From Macrostomum hystrix (taxonomy: Eukaryota > Animalia > Platyhelminthes): a DNA stretch of 64,000 nt. The DNA lies in assembly GCA_950097015.1 (NCBI GenBank), contig CATNEN010000031.1, positions 1,426,001-1,490,000 on the forward strand, written 5' to 3'. Under the pieces are notes generated by a model. That model did no database searches. It was not told the DNA's origin and saw only the letters and a program-made list of their open reading frames with translations. Position numbers and translations under genes: made by a program. Below are positions 48,001 to 60,640 of the stretch, in pieces (the first letter of the stretch is position 1; each line of letters begins with the position of its first letter).

Positions 48001-51000
48001 AAACGGATGTGTTATTGAAACTGCAGGTTACATTGTTAGTTTGTTACAGAGATCTGTTATACGAGTTAAAGAGAAGAGAGGAGACAACAGAAGAGAGTAG
48101 ACAACAGAAGAGAGGAGACAACAGAAGAGAGGAGACAACAGAAGAGAGGAGACAACAGAAGAGAGGTGACAACAGAAGAGAGGAGACAACAGAAGAGAGG
48201 TGACAACAGAAGAGAGGAGACAACAGAAGAGAGTAGACAACAGAAGAGAGGAGACAACAGAAGAGAGTAGATAACAGAAGAGAGTAGACAACAGAAGAGA
48301 GGAGACAACAGAAGAGAGGAGACAACAGAAGAGAGGAGACAACAGAAGAGAGGAGACAACAGAAGAGAGGAGACAACAGAAGAGAGTAGACAACTGAAGA
48401 GAGTAGATAACAGAAGAGAGTAGACAACAGAAGAGAGGAGACAACAGAAGAGAGGAGACAACAGAAGAGAGGAGACAACAGAAAAGAGGAGACAACAGAA
48501 GAGAGGAGACAACAGAAGAGAGTAGATAACAGAAGAGAGGAGACAACAGAAGAGAGGAGACAACAGAAGAGAGGAGACAACAGAAGAGAGGAGACAACAG
48601 AAGAGAGGAGACAACAGAAGAGAGGAGACAACAGAAGAGAGGAGACAACAGAAGAGAGGAGACAACAGAAGAGAGGAGACAACAGAAGAGAGGAGACAAC
48701 AGAAAAGAGGAGACAACAGAAGAGAGGTGACAACAGAAGAGAGGAGACAACAGAAGAGAGGAGACAACAGAAGAGAGTAGATAACAGAAGAGAGGAGACA
48801 ACAGAAGAGAGGAGACAACAGAAGAGAGGAGACAACAGAAGAGAGGAGACAACAGAAGAGAGGAGACAACAGAAGAGAGGAGACAACAGAAGAGAGGAGA
48901 CAACAGAAGAGAGGTGACAACAGAAGAGAGGAGACAACAGAAGAGAGGTGACAACAGAAGAGAGTAGACAACAGAAGAGAGGAGACAACAGAAGAGAGGA
49001 GACAACAGAAGAGAGGAGACAACAGAAGAGAGTAGATAACAGAAGAGAGGAGACAACAGAAGAGAGGAGACAACAGAAGAGAGGAGACAACAGAAGAGAG
49101 GAGACAACAGAAGAGAGGTGACAACAGAAGAGAGGTGACAACAGAAGAGAGGAGACAACAGAAGAGAGGAGACAACAGAAGAGAGGAGACAACAGAAGAG
49201 AGGAGGCAACAGAAGAGAGGAGACAACAGAAGAGAGGTGACAACAGAAGAGAGGAGACAACAGAAGAGAGGAGACAACAGAAGAGAGGAGGCAACAGAAG
49301 AGAGGTGACAACAGAAGAGAGGAGACAACAGAAGAGAGGAGACAACAGAAGAGAGGAGGCAACAGAAGAGAGGAGACAACAGAAGAGAGGTGACAACAGA
49401 AGAGAGGAGACAACAGAAGAGAGGAGACAACAGAAGAGAGGAGGCAACAGAAGAGAGGAGACAACAGAAGAGAGGTGACAACAGAAGAGAGGAGACAACA
49501 GAAGAGAGGTGACAACAGAAGAGAGGAGACAACAGAAGAGAGGAGACAACAGAAGAGAGGAGACAACAGAAGAGAGGAGACAACAGAAGAGAGGAGACAA
49601 CAGAAGAGAGGAGACAACAGAAGAGAGGTGACAACAGAAGAGAGGTGACAACAGAAGAGAGGAGACAACAGAAGAGATGAGACAACAGAAGAGAGGAGAC
49701 AACAGAAGAGAGGAGACAACAGAAGAGAGGAGACAACAGAAGAGAGGAGACAACAGAAGAGAGGAGACAACAGAAGAGAGGAGACAACAGAAGAGAGGAG
49801 ACAACAGAAGAGAGGTGACAACAGAAGAGAGGAGACAACAGAAGAGAGGAGACAACAGAAGAGAGTAGATAACAGAAGAGAGGAGACAACAGAAGAGAGG
49901 AGACAACAGAAGAGAGGTGACAACAGAAGAGAGGAGACAACAGAAGAGAGGAGACAACAGAAGAGAGGAGACAACAGAAGAGAGGAGACAACAGAAGAGA
50001 GGTGACAACAGAAGAGAGGAGACAACAGAAGAGAGGAGACAACAGAAGAGAGTAGATAACAGAAGAGAGGAGACAACAGAAGAGAGGAGACAACAGAAGA
50101 GAGGTGACAACAGAAGAGAGGAGACAACAGAAGAGAGGTGACAACAGAAGAGAGGAGACAACAGAAGAGAGGAGACAACAGAAGAGAGGAGACAACAGAA
50201 GAGAGGAGACAACAGAAGAGAGGAGACAACAGAAGAGAGGAGACAACAGAAGAGAGGTGACAACAGAAGAGATTTGAGCTGAGAAAAGGAATGAAGTATA
50301 GAGTATAGTGCAGAGTATTGAAATATATATGTTTAGGAGAGACTGGTTAGGAAATGGCACACTAATAAGAGTGTCTCAGCATTCAACGCAACACTCAGGA
50401 GATTAGCGTGACCCAGTTTTCATATCTGGAGAGGGAAACGCAGAGCAATCACTGAGAGTTATCCCACAGCGCGTCTTAGGAATGGGTCTTAGGAACCGAG
50501 AGCGTTAATATCGGGATTTGAGATTTGGAAGGCTGCTTTCCACAAGATCCCAAGTAATCGATGATATGATTAATGGCGTAACAGGACATAGCCGAAGTTC
50601 AAGTGTCTAAGCTAAACATTTTCGCATTCTCATCAAGCATCCTCAGCAACAAAAAATTCCCAAAATCGCTTGAATTGCGCTTTGCAGAAGCAAGTGGCAC
50701 AGCGCACAGCTGGGCCGCTCAGGCCGGATCAACGAATCAATTTGGTGAGCGATCGCCTGAATTCATGTTACAGTCAACTGAGGAATGGGCGGATAAGGTA
50801 GCTGCAGTCAGCTGAAGAATGGGCTGATGGAGTAGCTGCGGTCAGCTGAAGAATGGGCTGATGGAGTAGCTGCGGTCAGCTGAGGATTGGGCAGATGGAG
50901 TAGCTGCAGTCAGCTGAGGAATGGGCTGATGGAGTAGCTGCAGTCAGCTGAGGAATGGGCTGATGGAGTAGCTGCAGTCAGCTGAAGAATGGGCTGATGG

Positions 51001-51447
51001 AGTAGCTGCAGTCAGCTGAAGAATGGGCTGATGGAGTAGCTGCAGTCAGCTGAGGAATGGGCTGATGGAGTAGCTGCAGTCAGCTGAGGAATGGGCTGAT
51101 GGAGTAGCTGCAGTCAGCTGAGGAATGGGCTGATGGAGTAGCTGCAGTCAGCTGAGGAATGGGCTGATGAAGTAGCTGCAGTCAGCTGAGGAATGGGCTG
51201 ATGGAGTAGCTGCAGTCAGCTGAGGAATGGGCTGATGAAGTAGCTGCAGTCAGCTGAGGAATGGGCTGATGGAGTAGCTGCAGTCAGCTGAGGAATAGGC
51301 TGATGGAGTAGCTGCAGTCAGCTGAGGAATAGGCGGATAAGGTAGCTGCAGTCAGCTGAGGAATGGGTGGAATAATAGTGTTACATTTATCCTAGGAGAA
51401 TATCTAAAATATGACAAAAAACTTTTTTCGCAGTCAAAACACAAAAT

Positions 51448-51499
<52 letters not shown>

Positions 51500-52214
51500 G
51501 GTGCATGAGCAGACGTGACACTGCAGCCAGTGATTTCAGCAGCAGCTCCACTGTTGACACGGATTTCTTGTCCGAGGAACAGCGCGAATCGGTGCGCCAG
51601 TGGCTAGGTCCCGGCCAGCTGCTGCTCATCAGCGACGAACTGCGAGCCGAGAGAGGCGGTGAGACCGTGTTTCGGATGTGAAATCGTAGGCTAAGAAATA
51701 TTAAAAAAGGTGTGTTTTAATTGTGTTGCCAGGCGATTTGCCCGACGATCAGCTAGTAGCTGGGGAGATTTTCCTCTCGCTGCGCTGGAGCTCGGATCCC
51801 AACGAAGGCGGCCTTCAGGTGACTCTGCGGCGATGCCGCTTGCTGAAGGAGGCCGCCGAAGAGCTGAGCGCCTGCTACTGCGAGTTGTCCCTGCTTGGTG
51901 GCTGTCGTGCGCGGCATCGAACCCGGACCCACCCGTTGAGCAGCCGCATCGAGGCGGACTTCTCGGAGACGCTGCACTTCGACAGTCAGCAGCTGGCCGA
52001 AGCAGCTCTGGAGACCGACGGCCTGGTGCTGCTGCAGGCGACTCTGTGGATTGGCAAGGCTGCGACTGCTACTAGCGGCGGCGAGATCAAAGGCCAGGCC
52101 TGGCGGCGACTCGGAGAGGCCGTCGTCTGTCTGGACGACTGGCCGGATGAAAATAGCACAGCTGGCCACTGCTCTGCTCAAGGCTGGTACAAACTGCTGG
52201 ATATTCAGGCCTGA
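45019..52214 (+). CDS. Duplicated copy of the last five Piccolo-like exons (45019-45188, 45613-45664, 50688-50744, 51434-51658, 51733-52214); no start of its own
   Basis: The exon sequences and splice sites read as identical to copy 1 at offsets 10913/10911, and the ORF translations are identical. Confidence 0.85.
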
Positions 52215-53072
52215 CTAGCTGGGATAGGTCCAACAGGATGTGACAGGTCGGATATCTAACAGGTCGTATATCTAACAGGTCAGATATCTAACAGGTCGGA
52301 TATCTAACAGTTTGAATATCTAAAAGGTCGGATATCTAACAGGTCGAATATCTAACAGGTCGAATATCTAACAGGTCGAATATCTAACAGGTCGAATATC
52401 TAACAGGTCGGATATCTAACAGGTCGAATATCTAACAGGTCGAATATCTAACAGGTCGAATATCTAACAGGTCGAATATCTAACAGGTCGGATATCTAAC
52501 AGGTCGAATATCTAACAGGGTAGTGTTAGATCTTAGGTGGTACAAAATAATCGTGTCCAGCCGACTGTGCGCAGGCTTTATTTTGGAAAATGCCACTAAT
52601 TTAGCCGATAATTTTGCCTCTGACTACTGCTAGAAATTCTTCAAAGTTTCATTGCAAATAATTTGTAATGCATCACAAATTTCCAGTTCAATGAAGTATT
52701 TTTATAGAAGCTCATCCATCTTATGCACTAATTGCGTTATATAAATTATTTTTTTCTCGTTGTTTCATTCGCCCAGTACAACTCATATTAACTACTGCTC
52801 ATATACTGCTCATATAAACAGACAGAGCATTGTCAGATCACTATGCAACACTTATTAAGCTTCTTGTCGTTTTTTACCTGTGACTATGTTTTTAAAAAAT
52901 CGCTGTAACCTTTTGTTGAATATAATTAATTACGAGTTATTAAGATTCAGTTGCCCATTCTTCTGTTTCAAGACAATAGCTCAAGCTCGCTGTAATCTTT
53001 GTGAAAAATACAAAAAATTAGTTAAAAATTGAATAAAATTGTGTATGAAATTCTGCTTTCAGTCTACAAGTA

Positions 53073-56000
53073 GGTAGGAATCCTGCTTCGATTCTAGATA
53101 GGAATCCTGCTGCGATTCTAGATAGGAATCCTGCTTCGATTCTAGATAGGAATCCTGCTTCGATTCTAGATAGGAATCCTGCTGCGATGTTTTATTGGAA
53201 TCCTGCTTCGATTCTAGATAGGAATCCTGCTGCGATGTTTTATTGGAATCCTGCTTCGATTCTAGATAGGAATCCTGCTGCGATGTTTTATTGGAATCCT
53301 GCTGCGATTCTAGATAGGAATCCTGCTTCGATTCTATATTGGAATCCTGCTTCGATTCTAGATAGGAATCCTGCTGCGATGTTTTATTGGAATCCTGCTT
53401 CGATTTTATATAGGAATCCTGCTGCGATTCTAGATAGGAATCCTGCTTCGATTCTATATTGGAATCCTGCTTCGATTCTAGATAGGAATCCTGCTGCGAT
53501 GTTTTATTGGAATCCTGCTTCGATTTTATATAGGAATCCTGTTTCGATTCTAGATAGGAATCCTGCTTCGATTCTAGATAGGAATCCTGCTTCGATTCTA
53601 GATAGGAATCCTGCTTCGATTCTAGATAGGAATCCTGCTGCGATGTTTTATTGGAATCCTGTTTCGATGCTAGATAGGAATCCTGCTTCGATTCTAGATA
53701 GGAATCCTGTTTCGATTCTAGATAGGAATCCTGCTTCGATTCTAGATAGGAATCCTGCTTCGATTCTAGATAGGAATCCTGCTTCGATTCTAGATAGGAA
53801 TCCTGCTGCGATGTTTTATTGGAATCCTGTTTCGATGCTAGATAGGAATCCTGCTTCGATTCTAGATAGGAATCCTGCTTCGATTCTAGATAGGAATCCT
53901 GCTTCGATTCTAGATAGGAATCCTGCTTCGATTCTAGATAGGAATCCTGCTGCGATGTTTTATAGGAATCCTGCTTCGATTCTAGATAGGAATCCTGCTT
54001 CGATTCTAGATAGGAATCCTGCTGCGATGTTTTATAGGAATCCTGCTTCGATTCTAGATAGGAATCCTGCTGCGATGTTTTATTGGAATCCTGCTTCGAT
54101 TTTATATAGGAATCCTGCTTCGATTCTAGATAGGAATCCTGCTTCGATTCTAGATAGGAATCCTGCTTCGATTCTAGATAGGAATCCTGCTTCGATTCTA
54201 GATAGGAATCCTGCTGCGATGTTTTATTGGAATCCTGCTGCGATTCTAGATAGGAATCCTGCTTCGATTCTAGATAGGAATCCTGCTGCGATGTTTTATA
54301 GGAATCCTGCTTCGATTCTAGATAGGAATCCTGCTTCGATTCTAGATAGGAATCCTGCTGCGATGTTTTATAGGAATCCTGCTTCGATTCTAGATAGGAA
54401 TCCTGCTTCGATTCTAGATAGGAATCCTGCTTCGATGCTAGATAGGAATCCTGCTTCGATTCTAGATAGGAATCCTGCTTCGATTCTAGATAGGAATCCT
54501 GCTTCGATTCTAGATAGGAATCCTGCTGCGATGTTTTATTGGAATCCTGCTGCGATTCTAGATAGGAATCCTGCTTCGATTCTAGATAGGAATCCTGCTG
54601 CGATGTTTTATTGGAATCCTGCTTCGATTCTAGATAGGAATCCTGCTGCGATGTTTTATAGGAATCCTGCTTCGATTCTAGATAGGAATCCTGCTGCGAT
54701 GTTTTATTGGAATCCTGCTTCGATTTTATATAGGAATCCTGTTTCGATTCTAGATAGGAATCCTGCTTCGATTCTAGATAGGAATCCTGCTTCGATTCTA
54801 GATAGGAATCCTGCTTCGATTCTAGATAGGAATCCTGCTGCGATGTTTTATTGGAATCCTGCTTCGATTTTATATAGGAATCCTGTTTCGATTCTAGATA
54901 GGAATCCTGCTTCGATTCTAGATAGGAATCCTGCTTCGATTCTAGATAGGAATCCTGCTTCGATTCTAGATAGGAATCCTGCTGCGATGTTTTATTGGAA
55001 TCCTGTTTCGATGCTAGATAGGAATCCTGCTTCGATTCTAGATAGGAATCCTGCTTCGATTTTATATAGGAATCCTGTTTCGATTCTAGATATGAATCCT
55101 GCTTCGATTCTAGATAGGAATCCTGCTTCGATTCTAGATAGGAATCCTGCTTCGATTCTAGATAGGAATCCTGCTGCGATGTTTTATTGGAATCCTGCTT
55201 CGATTTTATATAGGAATCTTGTTTCGATTCTAGATAGGAATCCTGCTTCGATTCTAGATAGGAATCCTGCTTCGATTCTAGATAGGAATCCTGCTTCGAT
55301 TCTAGATAGGAATCCTGCTGCGATGTTTTATTGGAATCCTGTTTCGATGCTAGATAGGAATCCTGCTTCGATTCTAGATAGGAATCCTGCTTCGATTCTA
55401 GATAGGAATCCTGCTTCGATGCTAGATAGGAATCCTGCTTCGATTCTAGATAGGAATCCTGCTTCGATTCTAGATAGGAATCCTGCTTCGATTCTAGATA
55501 GGAATCCTGCTTCGATTCTAGATAGGAATCCTGCTGCGATGTTTTATAGGAATCCTGCTTCGATTCTAGATAGGAATCCTGCTGCGATTTTATATAGGAA
55601 TCCTGCTTCGATTCTAGATAGGAATCCTGCTGCGATGTTTTATTGGAATCCTGCTTCGATTCTAGATAGGAATCCTGCTGCGATTTTATATAGGAATCCT
55701 GCTGCGATTTTATATAGGAATCCTGCTTCGATTCTAGATAGGAATCCTGCTGCGATGTTTTATTGGAATCCTGCTTCGATTCTAGATAGGAATCCTGCTG
55801 CGATTTTATATAGGAATCCTGCTTCGATTCTAGATAGGAATCCTGCTGCGATGTTTTATAGGAATCCTGCTTCGATTCTAGATAGGAATCCTGCTTCGAT
55901 TCTACATAGGAATCCTGCTGCGATGTTTTATTGGAATCCTGCTTCGATTCTAGATAGGAATCCTGCTTCGATTCTAGATAGGAATCCTGCTGCGATGTTT

Positions 56001-57160
56001 TATAGGAATCCTGCTTCGATTCTAGATAGGAATCCTGCTGCGATTTTATATAGGAATCCTGCTTCGATTCTAGATAAGAATCCTGCTGCGATGTTTTATT
56101 GGAATCCTGCTTCGATTCTAGATAGGAATCCTGCTGCGATTTTATATAGGAATCCTGCTGCGATGTTTTATGGGAATCCTGCTTCGATTCTAGATAGGAA
56201 TCCTGCTGCGATTTTATATAGGAATCCTGCTTCGATTCTAGATAGGAATCCTGCTTCGATTCTAGATAGGAATCCTGCTGCGATGTTTTATTGGAATCCT
56301 GCTTCGATTCTAGATAGGAATCCTGCTGCGATTTTATATAGGAATCCTGCTTCGATTCTAGATAGGAATCCTGCTGCGATGTTTTATAGGAATCCTGCTT
56401 CGATTCTAGATAGGAATCCTGCTTCGATTCTACATAGGAATCCTGCTGCGATGTTTTATTGGAATCCTGCTTCGATTCTAGATAGGAATCCTGCTGCGAT
56501 GTTTTATTGGAATCCTGCTTCGATTCTAGATAGGAATCCTGCTTCGATTCTACATAGGAATCCTGCTTCGATTCTAGATAGGAATCCTGCTTCGATTCTT
56601 GATAGGAATCCTGCTGCGATGTTTTATAGGAATCCTGCTTCGATTCTAGATAGGAATCCTGCTTCGATTCTGCATAGGAATCCTGCTGCGATGTTTTATT
56701 GGAATCCTGCTTCGATTCTAGATAGGAATCCTGCTTCGATTCTAGATAGGAATCCTGCTGCGATTCTAGATAGGAATCCTGCTTCGATTCTAGATAGGAA
56801 TCCTGCTGCGATGTTTTATTGGAATCCTGCTTCGATTCTAGATAGGAATCCTGCTTCGATTCTAGATAGGAATCCTGCTTCGATTCTAGATAGGAATCCT
56901 GCTTCGATTCTAGATAGGAATCCTGCTTCGATTCTACATAGGAATCCTGCTTCGATTCTAGATAGGAATCCTGCTTCGATTCTAGATAGGAATCCTGCTT
57001 CGATTCTACATAGGAATCCTGCTTCGATTCTAGATAGGAATCCTGCTTCGATTCTAGATAGGAATCCTGCTTCGATTCTAGATAGGAATCCTGCTGCGAT
57101 TCTAGATAGGAATCCTGCTGCGATTCTAGATAGGAATCCTGCTTCGATTCTAGATAGTTA
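53073..57160. repeat. Same 24-bp minisatellite, full-length (~4.1 kb) intergenic copy
   Basis: Direct reading. Confidence 0.97.
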
Positions 57161-57409
57161 TCCTGCTTTGATTGTAGATTGCAATCTTGAGTACGATTCT
57201 GTCTGTGTTCTAGATAGCAAGTTTTTATCTAAAAATATTTTTTTTAATTTGCAATCCTCAGAAAGTTCACCATTTGTGAGTGATTTGCTCTATGGTATTT
57301 TCTTCAAAACATATTTGAATTTTCCCTATTTGCTTTTTGCTTTTAATATATTTTGAATTATTAAGTTGGTGCTAAGCTAATTTTCCGCTGAGCTCTACTC
57401 AACAATAGC

Positions 57410-57698
57410 ATGAGCAGACTAAACAATCGTCCTGTGTTGGCTGGCAGGAGGTCGCACGGTCGTCTAGACGACTGCTTCGCCATTGTGGCACTGCAAAAGC
57501 CGGTGCAAATGTATGACTTTGCCAGATTTGACAGGATTCGACCTACCATGGAGCCACCTGCCGTGTTGAACCCGGCGTCGCATTGCTCTGGTAGTCGCAG
57601 ATGGGTTGCTGCCGAGGATTGGATTTTCCAACCAACCAACGGTGCCGAGTTCGATTCCCGAAATTTCCAGATAAACAAGCAGGGATGCTTGAACAACT

Positions 57699-57738
<40 letters not shown>

Positions 57739-60640
57739 TGACAGTCCATGTCAGCAGCAGAAGCAGCAGCAGAAGCAGCAGCAGAAGCAGGGCGCCAGCG
57801 AGAGGCAACGATTTGTTAGACGACTAAGGCAACTGTACGGCGATCAGCTGTTTAAGCCTGGCATGTACACCGCAGGCATCGAACATCAGCTGGGTCCTGG
57901 GCCGGAGCCGTCAACGCTGCTTCGCGCTCTGTCGGACATTCAGGTTTGTGTTCTTTTGTTGTACTAGACACAAGAATAAGAAAAAGAAGGAAATATAATA
58001 ATTGCAGGAGGGCTGCGGGCAATGGCACATCATTTGGTGACACTAGACCCGCTGCCAGCAAGGAAGCAATTTTACCCATTTCTCTGACTCATGAGCACAC
58101 ACGCACACAGATACTGTACGCAGGCACACGTTCACACAGGGATGTACATCTGCCCTGTTAGATGAATTTAGCTAACGATTACTTTGTGTCCATTTATTTA
58201 TCCAGTGATGAATCGAAAGTTCTAGAAAGTTTCAGTTCTAGAAGGTTCCGGAAAACACGTACGTAAATAAATTATAATTAAATATTAGCACTACTCTACT
58301 AATAGCGGCAGTGCAAGGAAACACATCGTAAGTCAGTCAATTCGAGTCAGTCCGACTCACGATTTGAAGGTCGGGGGTTCGATTTCTGACTCCACTGGAA
58401 CAATTTTTGTCTTTTAGCAAGACACTTAACTATACATTGTTTCACTTCATCCAGCTGTTAAATGAATACAAGCATTAGCTGGGGTAATTTAGGATAGGTG
58501 TGGCGTTCGCCTAGTCCATGGACTGAACAGCCGTACGTGGCCTTCAGATGCGCCGCGCAATAGCTGCGGCTGTGCTTTCGGCTCCAGGTCTGGCTAAATT
58601 GGGTCAGGTGTAGTCAGTTAAAAATTATTTATTATTTATTTACCAGTATTTCAGTATTTACCAATGTCAGGCTCCCTGCTCACTGCACTTCTATTCTCAA
58701 TGACCCGCCCCTCTGGCAGTCGATTCGCGGTCGCGTGATCGACAAGCCACCTGGCGGGACCTTCAGTTCGTCGCCAACGAAACCAAACGCCGACGGATCC
58801 ATGGTGTTCGAGTGGTGCGACAACTCGCACAATAGCAACAAAAGCGGCAGAAATGCCCTGATTCCGGGGCTCTCACAGCGCATTAACAAACGATTATCAG
58901 TGAAACGCAACATTGATAAATGGGTCTATCTGTACTTCCGGGCACGCCGGATCTCCTGGGAGTTCATCGTGCAGGAGGAGGGAACGAACAACAGCCAGAT
59001 CAACTACTTCAGCGATGGCGTCATTGACAAATGGACGGTCAAGCTGCGTTTTAGAATACTTCGAGAGGCTGCCATGAAAGTTGCCATCCTGGCCTTCCTA
59101 AGCCGCATGGGACTGGACAAGGAGGCTGACATGGTCTTTACCACCGATGGCTTCTATGGAGACCTCCTGGTTGGCAGCATGGCGGGGCGAGGCAGCGCAC
59201 CGAGGCGGGGCACCGTGCCGCATCGCGTGGTGAGAACTGGCGACTGATGGATAGGGAGCAGCTAACTGATGGATAGGGAGCAGCTGACTGATGGATAGGG
59301 AGCAGCTGACTGATGGATAGGGAGCAGCTGACTGATGGATAGGGAGCAGCTGACTGATGGATAGGGAGCAGCTGACTGATGGATAGGGAGTAGGTGACTG
59401 ATGGATAGGGAGTAGGTGACTGATGGATAGGGAGCAGCTGACTGATGGATAGGGAGCAGCTGACTGATGGATAGGGAGCAGCTGACTGATGGATAGGGAG
59501 CAGCTGACTGATGGATAGGGAGCAGCTGACTGATGGATAGGGAGCAGCTGACTGATGGATAGGGAGCAGCTGACTGATGGATAGGGAGCAGCTGACTGAT
59601 GGATAGGGAGCAGCTAACTGATGGATAGGGAGCAGCTAACTGATGGATAGGGAGCAGCTGACTGATGGATAGGGAGCAGCTGACTGATGGATAGGGAGCA
59701 GCTAACTGATGGATAGGGAGCAGCTGACTGATGGATAGGGAGCAGCTGACTGATGGATAGGGAGCAGCTGACTGATGGATAGGGAGCAGCTGACTGATGG
59801 ATAGGGAGCAGCTGACTGATGGATAGGGAGCAGCTGACTGATGGATAGGGAGCAGCTGACTGATGGATAGGGAGCAGCTGACTGATGGATAGGGAGCAGC
59901 TGACTGATGGATAGGGAGCAGCTGACTGATGGATAGGGAGCAGCTGACTGATGGATAGGGAGCAGCTGACTGATGGATAGGGAGCAGCTAACTGATGTAT
60001 AGGGAGTAGGTGACTGATGGATAGGGAGCAGCTGACTGATGGATAGGGAGCAGCTAACTGATGGATAGGGAGCAGCTAACTGATGTATAGGGAGTAGGTG
60101 ACTGATGGATAGGGAGCAGCTGACTGATGGATAGGGAGCAGCTGACTGATGGATAGGGAGCAGCTGACTGATGGATAGGGAGCAGCTGACTGATGGATAG
60201 GGAGCAGCTGACTGATGGATAGGGAGCAGCTGACTGATGGATAGGGAGTAGGTGACTGATGGATAGGGAGTAGGTGACTGATGGATAAGGAGCAGCTGAC
60301 TGATGGATAGGGAGTTGGTGAATGGGTAGCGAAGAGTACAAAAAGCAAAATTGTTACGCACGTATCTGAAACGCGAGTGCTGAAAAATGTTAATTCCCAG
60401 ATTGGCCCCAACACCACTGCCGATGCGCTGGGCCTACAGAACGGTGACAGCGTGTTCGTGGTTCGCGCCAGTCTCGCGCTTCGCTCGAATGTCCAGGCTC
60501 ACATCCAAGCCGCTCAGAATCGTTTCGCTTTCGGCTACGGCAGAGCCAACAGTGACGATCACGGTGACGGAGAAGCCAAAGAAGCCGATTCGATTGAAGA
60601 TTCGAGTATAATTGACAGCGATACCTCCACTCGAAGCTGA
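57410..60640 (+). CDS. Unassigned ~453-aa protein with polyA/polyQ tracts and a divergent C-terminal SUMO/ubiquitin-like domain. Exons 57410-57943, 58008-58036, 58671-59229, 60401-60640.
   Basis: ATG at 57410. The phases (0,2,0) join the three ORF-track fragments only if the 29-nt exon is included. The C-terminal part reads KLRFRILREAAMKVAILAFLSRMGL...MVFTTDG...RVIGPNTTADALGLQNGDSVFVV. Confidence 0.65.
58350..58645 (+). mobile_element. tRNA-derived CORE-type SINE, copy C, 5' end degraded
   Basis: gggggttcgatttctgactccactgg...tttagcaagacacttaac...gtccatggactgaacagccgtac followed by a (TTAT)n tail; same family as copies A and B. Confidence 0.8.
59245..60320. repeat. 22-bp minisatellite (tgatggatagggagcagctgac)n in the last intron of gene 3
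   Basis: Period 22 (59245 to 59267). Confidence 0.97.

Larger units (their letters stand above)
33966..55782. repeat. Head-to-tail segmental duplication, ~10.9 kb unit (33966-44878 and 44879-55782)
   Basis: ORF pairs recur at offsets 10913, 10912 and 10911. Junction sequence gcttcgattc-ttcgattc-ta-cgcaacc at 44861-44887. Confidence 0.97.

Noticed and set aside
42147-57356. 908-, 912- and 1389-aa ORFs over the 24-bp satellite
   Set aside because: They are pure translations of a unit whose length is divisible by 3 and lacks a stop in those frames. There is no domain content, and they lie downstream of a stop and polyA signal.
4485-60320. General enrichment of palindromic hexamers in array units
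   Set aside because: About one third of 25-bp units are expected to contain some palindromic hexamer by chance, which is close to what is seen.
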